Shown here one piece after another: positions 48,701 to 60,711 of a DNA stretch of 64,000 bases (position 1 is the stretch's first letter; each line of letters opens with the position of its first letter). The DNA lies in assembly GCA_904063045.1 (NCBI GenBank), contig CAJFCJ010000046.1, forward strand, positions 238,028 through 302,027, written 5' to 3'. The position numbers were made by a program, and so were the translations under genes. Source of the stretch: Dimorphilus gyrociliatus (taxonomy: Eukaryota > Animalia > Annelida). Under the pieces are notes generated by a model. It ran no database searches, had not been told where the DNA came from, and saw only the letters and a program-made list of their open reading frames with translations.

Positions 48701-51684
48701 CATGGAATTATTGATATCTAGTTGTCGATTTAAAGATGACTGATGATCTATCTTCTTTTTAGTATTAACTATTGATAAATGTAATTATTATTATCAGGTT
48801 GAATTGGTGTTTTTGAGTAAAATCTCACCTGCAAAACTTTTGCAGTGTACTACTCTTATAGCCTTCAAGTTACACTCTAATGGATCAATATTATAAGGTT
48901 TTTCAATTCTTGGTCTACCAAGATAAATTACTTGAAATTGTATGGCTATAGGTTGATAATAGAAGCATGAAGTTAATTTCGAAACAATTGGCCTATGTTG
49001 TCCATAAGTTGTCACTCTCCCGCAAATACTTAGAGTACTATAAGTAGTTCATATAAATATAGAAGAACATATTATATCATAAATACTTTGCTTGAAATGA
49101 GGTAAACTCGAATGGTTTACCATCTAGATGAATATTAACAGAATTCTTTCTCCTATCTTCTATCCTCTTCAATTCTGTTGAGAATATATAATCCGACAAA
49201 TATTTAAATCAATTTTTCTAGTTATTTTCTGTAATATACTTCCTGGAAAGCGTAGATTTTTTCTAATCATTAGAGTAGTATCAAGATCACTTTTACTAAG
49301 AATAGACATTTGTCTTATATCTTCAAGAATCATTAAAAATTCAAAATTTTTAAAAGAGATGTATGCTAATGAGCTATTTTTCATATTGCATAATTCTTCA
49401 CTCTGATCAATTGATATTTTTTTCTTTGAATGAATTAACAAATAGCAATACTGATAATAGAGGAATGCAGATGGATTTTGGCATTCTTACAAAGAAAAAA
49501 AAATCAAATGAATTTTATCATTTTTTGTTTCTTTTTGGTTTTGGTAGAACAAAAATCTAGTTTGTTTGTCAAAATACTAACAAACTTGAATAAATGTTCC
49601 ATAAAAATGGATTTAAATCTCCATTTTTTGTAAAGATTTACCTTTTCCTTCATTACTACATTCAATGGTTATTAATGGTGAGCTTTCAGTTCTTATCATT
49701 TTGTATTTATTATCAAAGTTGGATGCTAATACTTCTTTATTTATTGAAAATGAACAGTTTGGTCTATTTTCCAAATGTTTGCAATTCATCTTTGCAGAGA
49801 AAAATACGAAATAATTTGTCTTTTTTTCAAATTTATATATTTTGCCATATTTAAAACCAAATGTCTTGCAAAGGTTTGTCAAATGCTCAACTTGAAATGT
49901 CTCATAAACAGGTTGATACCAAAAGTTATTGTAAAGTACTTGAACAATACCAATATAGTTTGTGAAACTGTGCTCTGAACCATAATTTAAAATGTTACCT
50001 TGACCTTGATAAATTCTATAATGAAAATCTACAAAAAGATTTCTTTTAATGGAAAACAAAAAAAAGTTGTTGACAAACTTTTAAAAACATTTTCTTCACA
50101 TGAAACAGAAAATGTATTGGCTATATAAAGCTGAGATCTCAATACACAGTATGACAAATTTAAATAGGTCAGATTACAAGAATAAAGCCCCGTGGTAGTA
50201 AACTCTTTATGGTTGTGATTGATTGACAAACAATTTTTTCTCATAGCCGACATCTATTTTGTAAGAAAATTAATTCAAAAATTAAGATAAAAAACAAAAT
50301 TGTCAAAATCTTGAGAGATATTTATCATTTCTCCATAGAGTTGAACATGTTATAAAATCCTTCCACCCCTTCCTACATACTTTACCTCACCCAATTCCAC
50401 CCTACCTCCCCCGCCATCAATATCTCTCTCATTCGAAAAATATGAAATTTTAGCTAATTACGTAATTATAAGACTTGTATATTTTGTTTTCAATGCCAAG
50501 CACTCGTGAGGACAATTTGCACAATTGAACCATAAGTTTTATTGGCTCAATTGACTCTGAAAATGATAGTGGCATGTGTCCAAACGTTCTGGAATATATT
50601 ATATAAGTACTTCCAACAGGGAAGGTATCGTTAAAGAGAATCTTGTGAAATTCTTCTGGCATTACTTCTATTAAAAAATCTGAAATTTGAAAAAATTTTA
50701 AACATTCTCTTTTTACCAGTTTTCTCCATATTTTTACCTTTAAATTGATGAAAACTGCAAAAAATTTCTTTAAATTTATTTGAAAATTTCAAGAATTTTG
50801 AATATTTTAAAATTGTAAAATTAAGATTGGAAGAGAGAATCGTAAATGATTGACTATCAATATTTCTCCTATCATATTTATCTAAGAAGAATTCACTATT
50901 CTGGCAAAGAAATTCCATTTCCTCCTCTTTAGACGTTGTATTAATGTTTTGAAAGACTGCAAATGTCTTCTTCCTGTATCTCATGTAAAGTACATAATTG
51001 TCATCTCTCCTTATTGCAAACAAATCTATGTTAAAGAGACGACAGTTAAAAGGGTTAACATGATTTAATTTTCTTTTTTCTACTATCTATCTTCTCCTTA
51101 CATTGTTGTTGTACTTTGAAACATTTTAAACAAAATAATTTTTTTGTATTATCGCTCTTTTCAAGTTTGTAACTACAAGAAAAAAAAATATTAAACTCAT
51201 TTGTATTTCTTTTTAAAATAAAGACAAACAAAACAACTTACAGAAGAAATGAATATTTTGAAACTCCTAAAATAGCAGTCACATTTTCTGTTCAAAAAAC
51301 AAATAAAAAGCAAACAATAAGCGTGTTTTGTTTGTCAAATGTTGCAGAAAAAATACCATTAGATTGTTTGCAGATTTCAGACACAAAATGTATTTTATCA
51401 TAACCCATTAGAGAGCAAATAGTCTTTATACTATTCATTGGAATAGTGAAATCATAGGCAAGATATTCTATTTGATTTTCTGACAATATTCTAGCATTTA
51501 ATTTTCCATAAATAGACACTTGATTCTCTTCAATTGGCTTTAATGAAAATTTGAACATACTGTCATTGAAAACTTGAGAGTTAATTGGTTTAACAAATGA
51601 ACAATCTCCATTTCGAATTCTGTATTCTAAAGATATTTGACAAACATGTAATGAGAAAAGGAAAAAAATATTTAAAAATGACAT
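45783..51684 (-). CDS. Multi-exon GRL101/RXFP-like receptor: signal peptide, SRCR-like modules, several LDLa, LRRs, 7TM
   Basis: MSFLNIFFLFSLHVCQIS; LDLa CDGQKDCISGEDEDNC, CDHIPNCPNGNDENNC, CMDGNDE, CDGVVHCDEYDDEIDC; LRRs; hinge LCCFAW; LLFITIERF; TM7 VLPMNSVINPFLYT; exact exon edges not all resolved. Confidence 0.85.
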
Positions 51685-52049
51685 AACGTCAATAAAACTG
51701 TGACAAACTGACTACAAAAGTTTTCCTTTTATGACAAACAAGACAATAATAGACATTTACTTTAAGAAAATTTGAGATTTTATTAATTCTTTTTTCTCAT
51801 TTACAGAATTTAATTACGTACTATAGTTTCATAGATAAGTTGAAGAGAGAGTGAAATCAATCTTCCACTTCCGGTCACACTTCTTCATCATATAACACCG
51901 AGTATTTTTTGTAAATGGGAAATTTTACTCTACTCAAAAGGTGAATATTGATTATAATATCATGTGAAACATTATTTCCAAAATTTCTTTAATGAATCTG
52001 ATCAATGAGATAAACTGATAAGTAAAGTATTCAAATTATTAGAAATAGA

Positions 52050-52270
52050 CAGAGTACATCGATTTAGAGTCAATTGAATTTGAAAATTTCCGCAGTGTCA
52101 ACTTGATAGCACTATTGGAGAAGTTGTTGGTGAGGGCAATTAGTAAACAATCTCAATTAAGAATCTTTCTCTATTTGATAATCCATTTGGATCAAAAATT
52201 GGAAAAAATATATTTGAAATGATTAGAGACAACTGTAAATCTTTGCCGATAATAAGAATTTCATTGTTGG
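52050..52270 (+). pseudogene. LRR remnant
   Basis: IKNLSLFDNPFGSKIGKNIFEMIRDNCKSL with stops. Confidence 0.5.
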
Positions 52271-52639
52271 TGCAACAAAGTTACAAAATCTATAAAATAA
52301 AACAACAGAAATTTCAGGAACATGTGTAAGTAAACGTGATAACTACTCTACAGCAAGGGTACTTATTGATGTTAAAAGAAAGATATAAATATATAGGGTG
52401 ACAGGTGAAACCGTACCCATTGGTGATGAATCTCTTGCTATGACCAAGTAAAACTGTTGATACTTTTGGAAATAATTGAAGAGATATTATACTATATGTT
52501 AACTAAAGAAAAGAATAGATAATAGCAACTATGGAGGATAAATATAAGAAGTCTGGATTAATAATTCATCAGCTAATATCCTTCCAAGCCTATAATCATC
52601 CCAGATTTCAAAGATTTTCTTCTCTGTATCACCATATTT

Positions 52640-53205
52640 TTTTCTCTGATATTTGATAATCTTCTTCTAGAAGAGAAGTTTTTCATAAATACAAACCAAA
52701 TCACTCTCTCTTTTCAATTCATCAATCAACACCTAGAATGATCCTTTTGATTGTACTTTATTATTCATTCTATTGTGCCATTCTTCCATACTATTATTAG
52801 TCCTTATTGATAATCCAAAAATTGACCAATTCAATGGTTTCCAAGTAGTATTCAAAATCCAATTCACTTCACCTTTTCAAAGGGGTCAGGACATTTTGGC
52901 CCACTTTTGGACATTTCGGCCCATTTCGGACATTTCGGCCCATTCTAATGCAATCATAGAAAAAGCATTGTGCCTCACTTGAAGATAGGTTTAGTGCATA
53001 ATAATTGATAAATTAAAAGTGATTAAAATACTGAAATATCTCAAACCTGAAGTACAGCAATCAAACAGTTTTTCTTCTTGCTACTCATCAAAATATAGAT
53101 CAATGGAACCTGTTCATATTCATCATGTTTTTTCAAGAATCAATCAATTGAAAAGAGTGGATAAAATGGATCTCTGACAGCTTTAAATGTTGCATCAATG
53201 AACAA
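52640..53205 (-). mobile_element. MULE transposase catalytic-domain fragments
   Basis: ILFIDATFKAVRDPFY, QVPLIYILMSSKKK, WSIFGLSIRTNNSMEEWHNRMN; middle region missing. Confidence 0.75.
52889..52945. repeat. Three 18-20-bp tandem units GGACATTT(T/C)GGCCCA inside the MULE remnant
   Basis: Direct inspection; preceded by GGGGTCA. Confidence 0.8.
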
Positions 53206-53649
53206 AATTTACCCTCATCAGTAAAAATAACCCTAGACCAGTCTAGATTTTCGCTAATAACTTTGAGGCAGTACACTTTTCTGTGTTTACAGTCTTTGGA
53301 GGTGAGATCAGTTCTTTGTCTGACTCTTTTATATTTGAAATTTTGTCTTTTCAGCTCCCTCTGTATTGTTCTTACGCTTACATCTACTTCTAATTCCTTT
53401 AATATCTTTGCTGCTGTCACTCTTTGCTTGTTATCTTTTAGTTTCTTTATAATTCTTTTCATCCTCGCTATCTCTCTGTTGGAAAGCTTCTTTTTTTTCT
53501 CCCCTATTGTCTTGTTCTGGCTGCTTGTACTTCAGTATGTTACTGACTGATGATGGTGCCATTCCTAAAACTCTTGCTGTTGCCCTTAATTTCCCTATTT
53601 CGCTAAATTTCTTAATTACCAAATCCCTTATATCTTGACACCAAACCAT
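53205..53649 (-). mobile_element. Tc1/IS630-family transposase 5' fragment
   Basis: HTH LRATARVLGMAPSSVSNIL, VSVRTIQRELK, DWSRVIFTDEGKF; frameshift near 53490; breaks after the first catalytic Asp. Confidence 0.85.
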
Positions 53650-53969
53650 AGTTAAAAAAATACAATATAAATTATGTACAGTAATTTTGAATATTCAATA
53701 ACTAATTAACTTAACTTAAAAAAGGAAAAAAGTTGAAAAATTTTTTGTTTGAGACGTCTATTTGAATGTCAAACCGGATGTCAACTCAATGTTCCAATAA
53801 ACATGTCGCGCGGCCAAATAAAGAAAAAACTTATGAAAATTATTAAAAATTTTTGCTAATAATGTTCACAAAATATTATCATTTTCTTAAATTTTTTTCA
53901 ATATTATGTCAATTTAACTCTTTTTCTATATAAATTTAGACAAAAAATACTAATTTGCAGAGGACAAAC

Positions 53970-54388
53970 AATTTTAACCATTAATTAAAAATTGGCCTAT
54001 CAAAATTTGTGGTGTCCATATATACATGTCGTCCACTTTATATACCATTTGATAGCAAAAATGCTCCTGGCTTCTCTCCAGGTTCATAAAAATAATCATT
54101 TGTATTTTGAATGGCTCTTTTTCGTTTCTTTTCTGGAACATATTGAATTTTCAAAATTTCATTTGGTTGTAATGTTCCAGACAAATCTTGTGGATATTCT
54201 ATTTCATTAGTATTGTCAGACTGAACAAATATTTCATATAAGTGTGTAGGGGTTAAATCTACTGCATACGATCCAACATTCTTAATCTCTATATAATTTT
54301 GTCCAAAACTTATTTCATTTATCAAAAGCTTCTGCACGGAATTTTGCAGTAGAATTAAATTTAGTATAGCTATAAAAGTTTTCTGCAT
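53970..54388 (-). CDS. Small signal-peptide + lamin-tail-domain (LTD)-like protein; frameshift near the 3' end
   Basis: MQKTFIAILNLILLQNSVQ then LLINEISFGQNYIEIKNVGSYAVDL...TLQPNEIL; KVDDMYIW follows in another frame after 54040. Confidence 0.55.
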
Positions 54389-56120
54389 TCTGTTTTGAAT
54401 CATTCAACTTTTCTATCTGTTTACTTATATTTTTAAACTACTCTTTTATATATGGCCGCATTTGAGCTTAGGCTATCAAGAAAAGGCCATTTGTCAAAAA
54501 TAGACAATAATGCAAGCATTTTGATAGTTTTTGTAAGGAAATGAAGAAGACAATAATTGTACTGAAAGGAATAAATATAGTTTTTTAATTTTTCAATTGC
54601 TAAGCTTTTTCAATACTTCTATTATTTAATTGAATAGAGCAAAAATTATATAAATTCCTTCTTTTCTCCTACCAATATATGATAACTGATATTGTTAGCT
54701 CTATTTTCTACTATAGAAAGTGAACATTTGTTAGCTCTATTCTACAATAGATCCCAAAATTTCAATTTGACTATGAAAAGATTTTTTCACTGTCTTTTTT
54801 ACTATATTGTTTTTATGCATTTTGGTTATGATAGAATCTTACTTGTTTATATAGGCCACTTCCTTTTACACAAATAAACTGCTTAAAGCATTTATAATTT
54901 AGTGCAGAATTCTTAGGCCTTTATAAAAAATGATCAAGGAACTATGTTCTTGTTGTGAATAGCAACTATCTCATCTGTTTTATCTCTTTTTACTTATTGT
55001 GATCTAGGTAGTTCTACTGTATTATTTGTGTAGGACCAAAACTTTATAGTAATATCAAAAGATTTATCATATAATCTGAATGCCAACTGTCTAAATGAAT
55101 CATTCCTTTACATTAAAGGACAAAGAATAAAATTAAAGGTTATTAAAAATAAATACCTGTAAATCTCAAATCAATGTTGTCAGCTTACCCAGGTAGATGG
55201 ATGCTATTATAGATTAACAATAATATGAAACTGATAATATTTCAAAAGTATTAACAGCTATATTGTATATTGTAGGTGTTTTCTTGTTGTTATTTTTTCC
55301 TGTTTGATACATATGTTGCCTTATTAATTTCGGTGCATTAGTGGAAAATGGGGAAAAAAAACAAGTATTGTCAAGGATATTTAACCCATCAACCCTTTTA
55401 CTCTTCTAGTTTTATTTCAACAATGCTACGTTAGGAATATATTTCCATTTTTTTTCTAGATTTTCATCACACAGACATCTGTATTTTTTGCTTGAAGCTT
55501 GTGCCTTAGCCTAATTTTTTGGTTTGACATGTCCCAATTGAAATTGCTTAGCAATTGAAAACATAAAACTACAGTATAGGCAAAAAGGTTCATGTTTTGG
55601 CAAGGTGCCAAACTTGAAATTGAACAAACATACTTTACATTATCATCATTAAACACCACATTATTATTTTAACTCTTTGTTAAGACCATATTATATGAAC
55701 AGAATGTTGTTCATTATGTGTCAGCAGATGTAACATCATCGACTCCTTCTGACCATGCTTCAATCACGTTGCCTTCAAAACTGGAAAAAAATCAAAAAAT
55801 CTGGCATATCATCCAAAATATCTTCTATGATATCTCTTATAATCTGTCTACTCTTTAAACATTGATCGTTCTGTATTGGTAGGTTTTTATATTATTGATA
55901 TTGCACAAAAAGGATCCAATTATTCCTAAATCAACTTTCCACTGTGCAAAATTCTCATTTAGAAAAGGTCATCAAAGTTGTCTATTCTGATGAAATATGT
56001 TTACTATTTGAAAATGGAATATGGTTTGAAGCAACCAAAGAATAAGTTTGTCCATGAGTAATAACAAATAAATAATTAACAAAAAGCCTGTATTTCACCA
56101 AGTAATACATGTGTTGAGCT

Positions 56121-56327
56121 GGGATGTGGTAGAAAACGGCCATAAATCTCTGGTTTTACCCTAACCCTAACCTAGCACTTGCTTTTGCCTAACCTTTTCC
56201 AATGCCGCTAACCCTTAGACGGGACCCAAATAGTACATATCAATACTTATCTTATTCTTCCTAACCATTTCCCAGCTTGAAATCTAAACTTTAAATATCT
56301 CATTTATGGCCGTTTTCGACCTGTCCC
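56121..56327. mobile_element. Full-length 207-bp MITE with ~26-bp TIRs, 8-bp TSD and internal TAACCC units
   Basis: GGGATGTGGTAGAAAACGGCCATAAAT / ATTTATGGCCGTTTTCGACCTGTCCC; TSD GTTGAGCT at 56113-56120 and 56328-56335. Confidence 0.93.
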
Positions 56328-58058
56328 GTTGAGCTGCTACATGTATATTTTTAAAGTTCTTTGTTCCACAGCCAATTTCATTGTGGTTCCATCTATTATT
56401 TTCCAATATTGTATTTCCCACAAAATAAAAGTTTTTCTAGAGTTCTTTCATTACAATTATTATAAATTAGAAGTCTTACTGATTACTATAAATGCTGCTA
56501 TTTGTACAGATTACCCTCTAATTGGTGTAGAATGTAGTGTGGGATACTGGTAAGAGAGACTAAGGCAATTAAATGTTGACAAGGTATTATGATTAATTAG
56601 TATTATTTCTTGGTAAAATAATATATCATTGATTGTAGTTCAATACTAAATGTTTGACTTTATAACATCTATTTGCTAAAAATATAAAATGAGCAGTTTC
56701 CCAACTGCAAAGCAACTAATTATAATCTTCTAGATTTTTGTCATTTCTGGGAAAGTTCCCTGTAGAAATCCAATAGAATAGATTGACCTAAAAGATTAAA
56801 GATTAAGTAATCCAGAATATGTGAACTACTTCAAATTGCTTAATTTAAAAAACTAATTGACAATTGTAGTTTTTTTTTCCAATACTTCAGCTAATAAATG
56901 CTAGCAAATGAAACACTTTAGGAATATGTACATCTTGGTGTACTCAGCTAAAAACGAATATCGTTTTAACAGTAAGATCTAATCCTTTGACTTTGCTAAT
57001 AAAAACCAAAGGTTATATACAAGACAACAAAGCTTTAACTTGGAATTCCTGGAGGATAAAATAAGATTTCTGAGAAAAAGGCTGTAAAGCTTTAAACGGG
57101 TTAGGATTATCTTGCTGATTAAATTCAATTAGATTATAATCCTTTGCGGTTTTCAGGCACGTTGTCTTTTTTGCTAAGGTCATGATTAGGTTGTCATATG
57201 TCATTCAAGTAGTATGAACTCGGGAAATTATTTTAAGAATCTAGATTATTAATTAATGAAGTAGTTAATATTTCAAGATATTACAATTATGACAGGATCA
57301 AATCAATCCTATTATTATTATTTATAAATGTTAGGGTTTAATTGCAAATTACACGATGAACAAAGTTCAAAATACATGGAATGAATTTAAAGGAACGGGT
57401 AAAAAAAAATATCAAACAATTCCGTAATTTCAGTTTTTGAACAATAAAGATCATATCAAACAAAGGTTATACAAATTTCCCAGCTATGGTTTGGTCAAGA
57501 AAATCAAAGTTGTTTGAAATTGAAGAAACTTATGACTTTGTTTTTGAAATATATCAATTTGATGAAAACAGTCTCAGAAACTTCTTTCCACACTTTTTTG
57601 GGGAAAGAATTAAGATTCAAAAGAAACTAAAAGAAGAAAGTATGAGGTCTTTTAAAGGATGAAAAAGAATACCTTCTTGAAGCTTTCAACATTCCTCTCA
57701 TTGTTTTGCTAATATCTACTTTTGATATAAAGAATATCCAATTTACCATCAAAACCTCACGTCAAACTTCTGCAGGCTATAATAACTCTTGCTCCCCTTT
57801 TGATGAAATCCGGTTCATTCTTTACCAATACCTGAATTATCTCCAGTAACTATAATGGTTTTCCTTCAAGTGAATGAGTTGACTGGCACATTTCATGTTG
57901 AGTTAGTCTGGAATGTTTGAATATTGAGTAGTATATAGACAATTAAAAGAAAAATTACTAATAATTAATATATTCTTACGAAATTTCATCATTGGTTGCA
58001 GTTGCATCTTGTTTGTTTGTCACGTGGAACCAAGCTCCACCAATCGTTGTTGTTTGTA

Positions 58059-59594
58059 GTTTATCTACCTAAATGTCATACTTTCAGCTATTATAGAAAA
58101 CCTCTGTGTCAGCAATTATTTTACTACTATTACTCTGCTGCATATAGAACAGAACAAAGTTGGAAAAGTAGGACAATTGTGTTAATTGGCCTACAACATC
58201 TACTTTGGAGTAAACAGGTCTATGTGGCGATTACAAAGACCTATAGCTAATAATTGCTTGTGTTTGTTTTTTTGTTTGGTCCTATACACGTAAGAGAGGA
58301 AAACACAAATGGAATCTGTAGTATGATACGCAGCGACCTCTGTGTCCTAGTTTCGTATGTTGTGAAAGAGAAATGTGAAAGAATGATTGGTGTGTTGGAA
58401 TTTAGTTTATTGTTGATTGGTATTGTTTGTTTTGAAGTGTTTATTATCAGTGAGGTGAGAACAGCAATGACTGCATTGAAATAAATCATTAAAAGTTGTA
58501 ATTTATTTGTAATAATTGGTTAGGAAACTTTCATCAAAATCTAGCCATTAAAAACCATTCAAGAGAAATGCCACTTATCCGTAATTCTAGGCCTTATTGA
58601 GCTGCCAGCGCATTTATTGCTCTTGATTGAAGCAACTTTATATCATTTCCCTTTTCGACAATGTTTAAGAAGGATTTTCCTATATTTTCGGTGGTGGTTA
58701 CCTTATTTGGAGCAAGGCATCTTAAGACTGGGTAGAGTACTTTTACAACGGGTTCTGCAGCTCCGTATGTTCTGGAACTAACCTCTCCTATCGGTTTTAT
58801 AACTGCTAAACGAAAAACATATCCTTTTTTCCCAGAATGAATGATATAATTTTCAGTTTTCCCCCTAGCATCTTTCCAAAAAGACCCACTACTTTCTGTA
58901 GGATCACTGCCCTCTGCTGATATATATAAAAACGTCAGATCCGGATTTTGCTGCCAGAGAACGTCGGCAAACAATTTTGTAAGACCAAACGTCATTTTGT
59001 GATAATATTCTTCCTTTGCCCGAAAAGCAGTAATACCAATTGAAAAGAAGCAAGCATCGTAGCCCTTCAACTCCTCCTTAATGGAATCCAATTCGAACAT
59101 ATCCGTCAATAAAATTTCCTTCACCTTCGGATGGTTAAAACCAATGCTCTTTCGGTTGATTATTAACACTTCTTCCACTCTACTGTCTTTGACGCATTGC
59201 AGCAATGCTCCTTTTCCCATTAAGCCAGATGATCCTGTAATCACTACTTTCATACCTTTCTGTTTGAACACCATCAATCTAAGTAATGATAGATATAACA
59301 TTGTACTAAAATCATGTAATTTTGATAAAAATTAAAATTACAAAGACACAAGTTCAATATTTACCGGCTTTGTAAATCAAAATGAAGGTAATCTTAACGA
59401 AATATGGCAGGGAGGAAGCACCATCTCATGTTAAAGCGCCATCTGTAGTTTGTTAAATATTAATAAACAAGCATAATTGTCCTACTTTTGCAACTTTGTT
59501 CTGCTCTATATGCAACAGAGTAATAGTAGTAGTATAGCAGCTGACACAGAGGTTTTCTATAATAGCTGAAAGCATGACATTCAGGTTGATAAAC
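58059..59594. repeat. ~120-bp imperfect inverted repeats (58059-58178 and 59475-59594) flanking the SDR gene
   Basis: CTTTCAGCTATTATAGAAAACCTCTGTGTCAGC...CAGAACAAAGTTG.AAAAGTAGGACAATT in opposite orientations; roughly 85% identical by eye; third copy at 63705-63825. Confidence 0.85.
58594..59253 (-). CDS. Atypical SDR / NAD(P)-binding Rossmann protein (TIP30/epimerase-like), bacterial-like, intronless, 219 aa
   Basis: MKVVITGSSGLMGKG dinucleotide-binding motif; YDACFFSIG; LTFLYISAEGSD; RGKTEN; GC visibly higher than the flanks. Confidence 0.88.
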   Translation of the reverse strand: MKVVITGSSGLMGKGALLQCVKDSRVEEVLIINRKSIGFNHPKVKEILLTDMFELDSIKEELKGYDACFFSIGITAFRAKEEYYHKMTFGLTKLFADVLWQQNPDLTFLYISAEGSDPTESSGSFWKDARGKTENYIIHSGKKGYVFRLAVIKPIGEVSSRTYGAAEPVVKVLYPVLRCLAPNKVTTTENIGKSFLNIVEKGNDIKLLQSRAINALAAQ

Positions 59595-60249
59595 AACATT
59601 ATTTGCTGCCACAAAACTTTTTTCTAGCAGCTGATTTGAATTCTTTGCGTTCTATTTTTATAAATTAATTATATTTTAATAATATTTGTTCATATTTATT
59701 GTATTTATTCAACAAAGATATGAGAGATCTTGTGACCAAGAAATATAAAAAAGTAAGAAAGTTATAAGCAATAGGCAGAATCTAGACTAGCATAAAGCAT
59801 CTTTAGCTGATGAGGCTAGATTCTCACTAAGATGACTTCAGGATGTGGACAAATGATGGTGAAAAAGACTTTAGGGCGACGAAAAATATGGGCAGGGATG
59901 GAGTAATGGTTCGGAGACTAATAACCTCTGATGGGTTATTCAAAGTAGGGAGGATAAGGAAACAGCTTGTGCTGACAAACATAGCTGCTGATATTATGTT
60001 CATTTGGTTATGAAATTAATTAATTATTTATTAATTAAATATATCAGTCATTTTCTTCGATATTGTCTATAATTTCGGAAGGGGAGGGGTTTTCTATAAT
60101 TTTGAGGACGTTTTCTGTCCTTTTGGAACCATTTTCTGTCATCTTCAAACTTCTTGCGATAACTAGTGAAGGTTCTTAGAGTTGTTCTTGTCCCATTCTG
60201 AAGGTTGAGGTTTGATCCAGAAAGACTAAACCTTGGAAAGTCTAGATGG

Positions 60250-60710
60250 ACTGGAAAATTAATAAATTTAAGGTTACAGAGCTTTAAACCAAGAGAATTT
60301 AGGGGACATTCCCAAATTTTGAATATTCCTCCATCCAGCTTTATATCTTTAAATAGAATAAATCTTTCATTTTGGCAGCCATGTTTTAAAATATATTCAA
60401 TCTCAGTAGTAAGTTTCTCATTGAAATCACAAAAACGTAAATCTAGTTTCTTCAAAGTGTCCAATGACATTTGAAGTCCTTCACAAATATTCTTCACTCC
60501 ACCACCCAATTCTTTATTCTCGCATAGAATAATGGATTCAATATGGGAGCAATGCTGTAGCAAATTTCCAAAATCTGTCTACTTTGTTTTTCATTTAAAT
60601 TACAAGAATGAAAAGTTAAATTTTCAAAGTGCTTGATGACATTCGAAGTCCTCGACAAATATCCGCTTTTCCTTTACCTATTTTTCTATTGCCAGTTAGA
60701 TTTGTTTTTT
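60250..60710 (-). pseudogene. LRR fragment (mirror copy about 62600-63060, plus)
   Basis: NLTGNRKIGKG..DICRGLRMSSSTLK..LQHCSHIESIILCENKELGGGVKNICEGLQMS. Confidence 0.75.
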
Positions 60711-60711
60711 C

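Noticed and set aside
52389-52420. TATAGGGTGACAGGTG as a mariner terminus
   Set aside because: No matching opposite TIR found in the window
59254-59262. AGAAAGGT before the SDR ATG as a Shine-Dalgarno site
   Set aside because: Spacing is too short, and it could equally follow a CAG splice acceptor
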